Shown here one piece after another: positions 53,160 to 64,000 of a stretch of 64,000 nt of DNA. The notes beneath the pieces were generated by a model. The model ran no database searches and had not been told where the DNA came from. It saw only the letters and a program-made list of their open reading frames with translations. The DNA comes from Eledone cirrhosa. Lineage: Eukaryota. The stretch spans positions 32,798,001 to 32,862,000 of the forward strand of contig OZ024742.1 of NCBI GenBank assembly GCA_964016885.1, in the 5' to 3' direction. The position numbers and the translations under genes were made by a program. The first letter of the stretch is position 1, and each line of letters opens with the position of its first letter.

Positions 53160-55974
53160 TGTCCATAATTTATGTCCATAATTCTTTCTCAACAGAGGCT
53201 ATGAACATATTCACTAATGGATACTGTGAAGCAGTCACTGTATTCAGTCAAACCAACAACCTATTAGTAGTTGGGCTCTATAGGCCACCCCAAACGCCTG
53301 TACCATGCTTCAAGGAATGCCTCAACAGCATAAAGTGTTTCATCCAAGAGTGTCACCCTGACAACATCTTAATGATGGGGGACTTCAACCTCCCCGGAGT
53401 TGACTGGTCCACAAACACCCTGCCACCAGGTTCTTCTGCCTCAACCTCTGACAGGGAAGCTGTGGAATCGCTTCTTGACTTCATGGATGATTTCTTCCTA
53501 TCCCAACTAGTGCTCGAACCAACGAGGTGCCACAAAAACGTCCTAGACTTAATTTTCAGCAATCACACTGACAATATCCACAATATTGCAGTGGAGAAAA
53601 CTCTACTCTCTGATCATGACATGGTTCTCTGTGATCTGAGATTCCACCGTCCAATATACAAACCCAATGTCATTTCTCCTGCCCATCCGTTTGACGCTAT
53701 GGATTTCCACAATGCAAACTGGGAAGCGATCAGTCATGATCTTGCACATGTCGACTGGTCCTTCACGCACACTCATACACCCACTAACATCAAAAAGTCC
53801 TGGCAGACATTTGTGGACACTGTTACAAACATATGTGCTAAACACACCCCATTAAGAACTATAAACAAATCTAAGAGCAGAATCCCTAGAAATAGAAAAA
53901 CGCTCATCAGAAAAATTAAGAGAACGAACAAAAAAATCAACAATCTGAAATACTGTCAGCAGCAACACATCAACTTGACTGCCATTTCATCACTAGAGAT
54001 TAAAAAACATAACCTCCAAAACAACATAATGTCCCTCATCAACAATCAGAGAAGAGCTGAAGAGGCCTGGGCCATTGAGAAGATCAAACTCAATCCCAAA
54101 GTGTTCTTTTCATTTGCAAAAAAACACAAAATCACTGGCTCTACTGTTGGCCCTCTAATTGATGAAAATGGCACTCTTCAAGACAATGCTAAAACCATGG
54201 GTGAGATACTGCAGAAACAATACTGCTCTGTTTTCAGCAATCCTGATATGGCCGATCTGGGCTGTATCGGCGATGTTACTCCCCATTACACCTTATCGGA
54301 CATAACGTTTGGCGCCCCTGATGTCTTGGCGGCAATAAAGGAAATCAAGCATAATTCAGCAGTAGGTCCCGATAGGTTCCCTGCTTGTGTCTTGAAGGCG
54401 TGTCAACACCAACTTGCTTCTCCTCTTGCCAATCTGTGGCGGAACTCACTGGATGCTGGATATGTGCCAGAAAACCTTCTATCCCAGTCTGTTGTCCCAG
54501 TTTTCAAAAAGGGAAACAAATCCCTTGCCGTGAATTACCGTCCAATCTCACTCACCTCTCATATCATTAAGGTATTTGAGCGAGTGGTGAGATCGCGAAT
54601 GACCCACTTCCTTGAGAGTAACAATATGCTGAACTCCAACCAGCATGGATTCCGTAATGGAAGGGATTGCCTGACGCAACTACTGCATCACTTTGATGAC
54701 ATTTTGAGAGCCTTGGGAGAGGGTTCCAACACTGATGTTATCTACCTTGATTTCAGCAAGGCCTTTGACAGGGTTGATCATAACATTCTACTGAGAAAGC
54801 TGTCCAATATTGGTGTCACTGGAAAGCTGCTGCAGTGGATCAAGAGCTTCCTGTCAAACAGAACCCAACATGTTGTAGTTGAGGGAGTCAAATCAAGCCC
54901 AGCCAAAGTCAGTAGTGGAGTCCCACAAGGCACTGTGTTGGGCCCACTTCTCTTCATCATCTATATTAATGACATCACTGACATCATCAAACACAGCAAC
55001 ATTAAAATTTTCGCTGATGATTCCAAGCTCCAAAAGGTCATCAATGGCGTGGATGACCGGATAAGCCTTCAGTCAGACCTACTGGCTGTTACCCAATGGG
55101 CAGAAAAGAACAACATGTTACTGAACGAAGACAAATTCGAACTGATCCACTTTGGAAAAGAGGATGCTCTGAAACTCCCGTACTCCCTTCCCTCCGGGGA
55201 AACTCTCGTGGCATCTAACAACATCAGAGACTTGGGAGTAACCGTGGACAGCAACATAAGCTGGACCACGCATATAAGCAGCAAAGTTGACATGGCCCGC
55301 AGAATGTGTTCCTGGATCCTCAGAACCTTCCAGTCGAGAGATTCCCGCACCATTATCCTTCTCTTCTCTACTTTCGCCCGACCACACCTTGAATACTGTT
55401 GTCCACTGTGGTCTCCCCACACGAAACAAAGTATCATGAAACTTGAAGCTCCTCAAAGGGCAATCACGAAAAAGATAGATGGCATGTCAGACCTTGACTA
55501 CTGGGGTCGATTGGAAAACCTGAAACTTTACTCACTCCAACGTCGCCGTGAGCGTTATATTATCTGCATGATGTGGAAAATGTTCCATCATCACTGCCCA
55601 AATGATGTTGGCATCGCCTTCAAGATACACCCAAGGCTTGGGCCCCGTGCTATCCGTCCCATTCAAAAATCTAAATCGCAACTCATAACAACAATACGGC
55701 ACAATTATTTCACCTCAATCGGCCCTGCTCTCTTCAACATCACACCAGGACACGTCAAAACAGAAACTGACCACACAAAATTCAAGAAGTCTTTGGACAA
55801 ATTCCTCCAAGTAATCCCGGACAAACCACCCACACCCGGATATGTCTCCGCAAACAGTAATTCTCTTCTCGAATGGGCCATGGTGCCCAAATCCTGAATT
55901 GAAAGACTTCGCCAGGTGGTGCTATTAAGTTAGACATGGCCTGGGCCAATACTGGCCAAAACATTTCAAAGTTA
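53160..55974 (+). mobile_element. CR1-like LINE, 5'-truncated, ORF2 open to 55897
   Basis: [52 protein letters not shown] and FADD motifs; short 3' UTR ending TTCAAAGTTA. Confidence 0.93.
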
Positions 55975-55996
55975 TATATATGTATGTATATACATA

Positions 55997-56043
<47 letters not shown>

Positions 56044-56056
56044 ATACATATATATG

Positions 56057-56121
<65 letters not shown>

Positions 56122-56128
56122 ATACATA

Positions 56129-56219
<91 letters not shown>

Positions 56220-56232
56220 ATACATATATATA

Positions 56233-57122
56233 GATTTTGAGTTTATGTTGGTTGTATACCAACACCTCAGTATGCAGGCTGGAGCACTCGACGAAGTGCG
56301 CAGGTTGGTTTGGTTACTCCGGAGTAGTGTAAAATAAAGTTAAATAAAAGTCAAATGATTAAAATTTAGCTTCGTTTATTACTGCTATATATATTTCAGT
56401 GACAGCCATCTTTATATTAATTATTTTATTTTATTATATTATTTATTTATCTTCTGTTTTCTTCATTTATTGCCTTATATTTCTTCATATACATGAAAGA
56501 ACCCCCCCCCCCCCCGCCACCACCACTACGATGGTGGCGGGTGGGATGAAGAGAAAACACAAACTGAATACTTCTAAATTGTTAGCAGCAGCAAGGTATA
56601 AGCTGACCACTACAACAACAACAGTACCAAAATAATGGTGGAGGTCAAATGTACTGAACAATAGCAGGCATAAACACTACAGAGAGCCTCACCCCAGAAA
56701 GAATTCTATAGACTTCTGACTGAGGAATGCTCTCAGAACTGAACAATGGGAAGTTTGACACATTTTTTGATATTTTGTTCCTTCAACACCTTGTCCCTTC
56801 TACCATTTTATCAATTTTTAAGCTAACTCCAACAATGACAACACTAATAACTGACCAATGAGAGGAGAAGGGGACCTGTGACACGAAAATTTGTTTGTTT
56901 GAATTCATATGACTCCAGTTCCCCAGTGAATTAACAACCCAGCAAGGAACTGGGCATATCAGAGTATTGACAATATCATACACCTAAACAACATATGTAC
57001 TTGTCTATACCATACTAATTCAAACTGCCTGAAGAGGTCACAGCCAAAGATGGCTGTCACTGAAATATATATAGCAGTAATAAACGAAGCTAAATTTTAA
57101 TCATTTGACTTTTATTTAACTT

Positions 57123-57129
<7 letters not shown>
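56233..57129 (+). mobile_element. Penelope-like element remnant with an inverted end (56330-56413 vs 57046-57129) and tail
   Basis: 84-bp inverted repeat, hammerhead at 57024, (TA)n flanks. Confidence 0.75.
57024..57078 (+). ncRNA. Type I hammerhead ribozyme
   Basis: ACTGC-CTGAAGA-GGTCACAGCCA aaga TGGCTGTCACT-GAAA-TATATA-TA-GCAGT. Confidence 0.82.
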
Positions 57130-57169
<40 letters not shown>

Positions 57170-57247
57170 TACATATATATGTATATATATATATATATAC
57201 ATATATACATATATATGTATATATATATATATATACATATATACATA

Positions 57248-57307
<60 letters not shown>

Positions 57308-57319
57308 CATATATACATA

Positions 57320-57369
<50 letters not shown>

Positions 57370-57397
57370 CATATATACATATATACATATATACATA

Positions 57398-57461
<64 letters not shown>

Positions 57462-57473
57462 CATATATACATA

Positions 57474-57523
<50 letters not shown>

Positions 57524-57535
57524 CATATATACATA

Positions 57536-57585
<50 letters not shown>

Positions 57586-57597
57586 CATATATACATA

Positions 57598-57653
<56 letters not shown>

Positions 57654-57755
57654 CATATATATATGTATATACATATATATATGTATATACATATATATAT
57701 GTATATACATATATATATGTATATACATATATACATGTATATACATATATACATA

Positions 57756-57807
<52 letters not shown>

Positions 57808-57851
57808 TGTATATACATATATATGTATATACATATATATGTATATACATA

Positions 57852-57913
<62 letters not shown>

Positions 57914-57933
57914 CATATATATGTATATACATA

Positions 57934-58032
<99 letters not shown>

Positions 58033-58039
58033 GTATATA

Positions 58040-58083
<44 letters not shown>

Positions 58084-58087
58084 CATA

Positions 58088-58125
<38 letters not shown>

Positions 58126-58126
<1 letters not shown>

Positions 58127-58410
58127 CCGCGCCATCGAGGCCGAAACAAATGAGATCGTGTAGGTGTCACGACAAAAAAACACACAGTCCACGCTGTAAT
58201 GTGGCCGTGTAGGCAACACGGTAAAAACCTCCCAGACCCACACTGTAAATGTGGTTGGTGTTAGGAAGGGCATCCAACTGTAGAAAACCTGCCAGACAGT
58301 CCTATGCGAGCAAGACAATCACTCTTGCCTCAAGTGGGACTACCCCCGTCCAAACCCATGCAAGCGTGGAACACGGACGTTAAACGTTGATGATGATGAT
58401 GATGATGATG
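58126..58410 (+). mobile_element. RTE family A 3' UTR fragment
   Basis: Reverse complement of 12091-12372; (GAT)n tail. Confidence 0.93.
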
Positions 58411-58442
<32 letters not shown>

Positions 58443-58449
58443 GTATATA

Positions 58450-58523
<74 letters not shown>

Positions 58524-58533
58524 CATATATATG

Positions 58534-58592
<59 letters not shown>

Positions 58593-58596
<4 letters not shown>

Positions 58597-60503
58597 CTTT
58601 GAATAACTTTGAAATGTTTTGGCCAGTATTGGCCCAGGCCATGTCTAACTTAATAGCACCACCTGGCGAAGTCTTTCAATTCAGGATTTGGGCACCATGG
58701 CCCATTCGAGAAGAGAATTACTGTTTGCGGAGACATATCCGGGTGTGGGTGGTTTGTCCGGGATTACTTGGAGGAATTTGTCCAAAGACTTCTTGAATTT
58801 TGTGTGGTCAGTTTCTGTTTTGACGTGTCCTGGTGTGATGTTGAAGAGAGCAGGGCCGATTGAGGTGAAATAATTGTGCCGTATTGTTGTTATGAGTTGC
58901 GATTTAGATTTTTGAATGGGACGGATAGCACGGGGCCCAAGCCTTGGGTGTATCTTGAAGGCGATGCCAACATCATTTGGGCAGTGATGATGGAACATTT
59001 TCCACATCATGCAGATAATATAACGCTCACGGCGACGTTGGAGTGAGTAAAGTTTCAGGTTTTCCAATCGACCCCAGTAGTCAAGGTCTGACATGCCATC
59101 TATCTTTTTCGTGATTGCCCTTTGAGGAGCTTCAAGTTTCATGATACTTTGTTTCGTGTGGGGAGACCACAGTGGACAACAGTATTCAAGGTGTGGTCGG
59201 GCGAAAGTAGAGAAGAGAAGGATAATGGTGCGGGAATCTCTCGACTGGAAGGTTCTGAGGATCCAGGAACACATTCTGCGGGCCATGTCAACTTTGCTGC
59301 TTATATGCGTGGTCCAGCTTATGTTGCTGTCCACGGTTACTCCCAAGTCTCTGATGTTGTTAGATGCCACGAGAGTTTCCCCGGAGGGAAGGGAGTACGG
59401 GAGTTTCAGAGCATCCTCTTTTCCAAAGTGGATCAGTTCGAATTTGTCTTCGTTCAGTAACATGTTGTTCTTTTCTGCCCATTGGGTAACAGCCAGTAGG
59501 TCTGACTGAAGGCTTATCCGGTCATCCACGCCATTGATGACCTTTTGGAGCTTGGAATCATCAGCGAAAATTTTAATGTTGCTGTGTTTGATGATGTCAG
59601 TGATGTCATTAATATAGATGATGAAGAGAAGTGGGCCCAACACAGTGCCTTGTGGGACTCCACTACTGACTTTGGCTGGGCTTGATTTGACTCCATCAAC
59701 TACAACATGTTGGGTTCTGTTTGACAGGAAGCTCTTGATCCACTGCAGCAGCTTTCCAGTGACACCAATATTGGACAGCTTTCTCAGTAGAATGTTATGA
59801 TCAACCCTGTCAAAGGCCTTGCTGAAATCAAGGTAGATAACATCAGTGTTGGAACCCTCTCCCAAGGCTCTCAAAATGTCATCAAAGTGATGCAGTAGTT
59901 GCGTCAGGCAATCCCTTCCATTACGGAATCCATGCTGGCTGGAGTTCAGGATATTGTTACTCTCAAGGAAGTGGGTCATTCGCGATCTCACCACTCGCTC
60001 AAATACCTTAATGATATGAGAGGTGAGTGAGATTGGACGGTAATTCACGGCAAGGGATTTGTTTCCCTTTTTGAAAACTGGGACAACAGACTGGGATAGA
60101 AGGTTTTCTGGCACATATCCAGCATCCAGTGAGTTCCGCCACAGATTGGCAAGAGGAGAAGCAAGTTGGTGTTGACACGCCTTCAAGACACAAGCAGGGA
60201 ACCTATCGGGACCTACTGCTGAATTATGCTTGATTTCCTTTATTGCCGCCAAGACATCAGGGGCGCCAAACGTTATGTCCGATAAGGTGTAATGGGGAGT
60301 AACATCGCCGATACAGCCCAGATCGGCCATATCAGGATTGCTGAAAACAGAGCAGTATTGTTTCTGCAGTATCTCACCCATGGTTTTAGCATTGTCTTGA
60401 AGAGTGCCATTTTCATCAATTAGAGGGCCAACAGTAGAGCCAGTGATTTTGTGTTTTTTTGCAAATGAAAAGAACACTTTGGGATTGAGTTTGATCTTCT
60501 CAA
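58593..60503 (-). mobile_element. CR1-like LINE copy 2
   Basis: Nearly identical to 54076-55974; the tail unit TTCAAAGTTA is duplicated. Confidence 0.95.
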
Positions 60504-60524
60504 GTGTATATATGTATATACATA

Positions 60525-60572
<48 letters not shown>

Positions 60573-60576
60573 CATA

Positions 60577-60740
<164 letters not shown>

Positions 60741-60744
60741 CATA

Positions 60745-60784
<40 letters not shown>

Positions 60785-60788
60785 CATA

Positions 60789-60844
<56 letters not shown>

Positions 60845-60924
60845 CATATATATGTATATATATATATATATATATATACATATATATGTATATATATATA
60901 TATATATACATATATATGTATATA

Positions 60925-61064
<140 letters not shown>

Positions 61065-61094
61065 CATATATATGTATATATATATATATATATG

Positions 61095-61142
<48 letters not shown>

Positions 61143-61150
61143 CATATATG

Positions 61151-61190
<40 letters not shown>

Positions 61191-61250
61191 TATGTATATA
61201 CATATATATGTATATATATATATATATATATATGTATATACATATATATG

Positions 61251-61298
<48 letters not shown>

Positions 61299-61309
61299 CA
61301 TATATATGT

Positions 61310-61376
<67 letters not shown>

Positions 61377-61387
61377 CATATATATGT

Positions 61388-62253
61388 ATACGCAGACTAG
61401 AGAGGAACGAAGCTTGCATGCTCCGCTGGATGTGCAATAGTAATATACGTGAACGGCAAAGCATAAACGAACTAAGGAAAAAATTAGAAATAAGAGGCAT
61501 CAGATGTTGTTTACTCGAGAGAAGGCTACGTTGGTACGGTCACGTGATGCGCATGAAAGACGACAGCTGTATAACAAAGTGCAGGGCAATAAAGATAGAC
61601 GGTAGCCACGGAGTAGGCAGACCCAGAAAAACATGGGACGAGCTGATAAATTCCGACCTCACACGCTTACACCTCTCCAAGACAATGTCACTGGACCGAG
61701 ACCTTTGGCGGTACTCAGTAATAGAGAAGACCCGCCTTACCTAAATACAAAGTAAAAACCTACTACAGTCAGTAGGCATCTCTATCAAAACACACCCCCG
61801 TCCCACCACCTCCACCCCACCCACACCGCCCCTTTCAATGTAAAGTTATGTTGGTCCCACAACATCCAGGCCGAAACAAATGAGATCGTGTAGGTGTCAT
61901 GACAAAAAAACACACAGTCCACGCTGTAATGTGGCCGTGTAGGCAACACGGTAAAAACCTCCCAGTGCCACACTGTAAATGTGGTTAGTGTTAGGAAGGG
62001 CATCCAGCTGTAGAAAACCCGCCAGACAGTCCACGCTGTAATGTGGCCGTGTAGGCAACACGGTAAAAATCTCCCAGCCCCACACTGTAAATGTGGTTGG
62101 TGTTAGGAAGGGCATCCAGCTGTAGAAAACCCGCCAGACAGTCCTATGCGAGCAAGACAATCACTCTTGCCTCAAGTGGGAAAACCCCCGTCCAAACCCA
62201 TGTAAGCGTGGAACACGAACGTTAAACGTTGATTATGATGATGATGATGATGA

Positions 62254-62255
<2 letters not shown>
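61388..62255 (+). mobile_element. RTE family A 3' end with a 112-bp duplication in the 3' UTR
   Basis: Translation [13 protein letters not shown]...EKTRLT; (GAT)n tail. Confidence 0.93.
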
Positions 62256-62333
<78 letters not shown>

Positions 62334-62335
<2 letters not shown>

Positions 62336-63142
62336 AACTTTGAAATGTTTTAGCCAGTATTAGCCCAGGCCATGTCTAACTTAATAGCACCACCTGGCGA
62401 AGTCTTTCAATTCAGGATTTGGGCACCATGGCCCATTCGAGAAGGGAATTAATGTTTGCGGAGACATATCCGGGTGTGGGTGGTTTGTCCGGGATAACTT
62501 GGAGGAATTTGTCCAAAGACTTCTTGAATTTTGTGTGATCAGTTTCTGTTTTGACGTGTCCTGGTGTGATGTTGAAGAGAGCAGGGCCAATTGAGGTGAA
62601 ATAATTGTGCCGTATTGTTGTTATGAGTTGCGATTTAGAATTTTGTTTGGGACGGATAGCACGGGGTCCAAGCCTTGGGTGTATTTTGAAGGTGATGCCA
62701 ACATCATTTAGCAGTGTCGATGAAACATTTTCCACATCATGCAGATAATATAACGCTCACGGCGACGTTGGAGTGAGTAAAGTTTCAGCTTTTCTAGTCG
62801 ACCCCAGTAGTCAAGGTCTGACATGCCATCTATTTTTTTTGTGATTGCCCTTTGGGGAGCTTCAAGTTTCATGATACTTTGTTTCATGTGGGGAGACCAC
62901 AGTGGACAACAGTATTCAAGGTGTGGTCGGGCAAAAGTGGAGAAGAGAAGGATAATGGTGTGGGAATCTCTCGACTGGAAGGTTCTGAGGATCCAGGAAC
63001 ACATTTTGCAGGCCATGTCAACTTTGCTGCTTATATGCGTGGCCCAGCTTATGTTGCTGTCCACGGTTACTCCCAAGTCTCTGATGTTGTTAGATGCCAC
63101 GAGAGTTTCACCGGAGGGAAGGGAGTACGGGAGTTTCAGAGC
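62334..63142 (-). mobile_element. CR1-like LINE copy 3, more diverged and frameshifted
   Basis: ORFs 62708-63100 and 62412-62735 match the C-terminus of copies 1 and 2. Confidence 0.93.
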
Positions 63143-63187
63143 ATATATGTATATATATATATATATATATGTATGTATATATATATG

Positions 63188-63616
63188 TATGGGGTTGTTC
63201 CGAAGGACTGGCGTAGCAGCATCATCATTACCTGTTACAAGGGTAAAGGAGATGCCCTAGATAGGTGTAAATATAGTGGCATTAAATTAATCGACCAGGT
63301 CATGAAGGTCACGGAAAAAGTAATAGCGCAACTAATCAGAGAGAGAATTGATCTAGATGAAATGCAGTTCGGGTTTGTGTCAGGCAAAAGTACCACAGAC
63401 GCTCTTTTCATTGTACGACAACTACAGGAGAAGTACCTAGCTAAAAGTAAACCCCTATACTTAGCTTTTGTTGACTTGGAGAAAGCCTTCGACAGAGTTC
63501 CCCGTTCCATTATCTGGTGGGCTCTTAGAAAACTAGGTGTTGACGAATGGCTTGTGAGAGCTATACAAGCCATGTATAAAGAAACAGTCAGCAAGGTTAG
63601 AATTAACAACGAATAT
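63188..63616 (+). mobile_element. RTE family A internal RT fragment
   Basis: Translation GVVPKDW...FVDLEKAFDRV...RINNEY. Confidence 0.92.
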
Positions 63617-64000
63617 ACACAAGCCAGATCACTGACGATCCCAAGGAATGCGCAGAACTCATTGCTGAGTGCTATGCAAGTATTTTTACTGTTGAAAACC
63701 AGAATGTACCATCTCCACCATCTCTAACATCAAATTCCATAACAACTATGGAATTTACACCTGCAATGTTGCGACGTCACCTTAAGAATAAGCGCAACTA
63801 TGCCTCCCCTGGTCTTGATGGTGTGACATACCTGCTTCTCAAACGTGGCGGGGATTTCCTTTTGCGCCAGCTTTCTTTTTTCTTTCAAAACTGTCTCAGC
63901 AATGGTGCTACTCCGGAGCAGTGGAAAACTGCCAGTGTCATTCCCCTGTTCAAAAAGGGCAACCGCATGTCACCTGTCAACTATCGTCCAGTCAGTCTTA
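63617..64000 (+). mobile_element. Second CR1-like family, RT N-terminal region, running off the window
   Basis: Open frame TDDPKECAELIAECYASIF...SPGLDGV...PEQWKTASVIPLFKKG...NYRPVSL. Confidence 0.85.

Noticed and set aside
51953-55897. 1314-aa fusion ORF (similarly 58681-61500, 30919-32199, 60404-61744)
   Set aside because: Unrelated TE fragments are bridged in frame by stop-free microsatellite; only the LINE parts are real coding remnants.

Overview
Eukaryotic, AT-rich, repeat-dominated animal DNA. The SINE and LINE families and the long (TA)n arrays suggest a cephalopod, probably octopus (inference). A minus-strand host gene contributes three phase-compatible exons (10174-10362, 3546-3596 and 69-1, which runs off the window); the last resembles the start of a PLAT/LH2 domain. 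The first 28 kb holds old SINEs, TTAA-flanked MITEs, two decayed Tc1/mariner elements, several long palindromes and one nearly intact RTE-clade LINE whose reverse transcriptase carries an inserted C4HC3 PHD finger. From 28.5 to 64 kb, a (TA)n(CA) microsatellite field is interrupted by about 20 retroelement insertions: three RTE families, two CR1-like families, a Gypsy-like LTR element, an internally deleted RTE and Penelope-like remnants. Reading by hand finds at least five type I hammerhead ribozyme folds with intact cores plus degenerate ones, including a tandem pair 457 nt apart that looks like a retrozyme. The long Ile/Tyr-rich ORFs are microsatellite artefacts. All alignments and folds were done by eye and TE boundaries are approximate.
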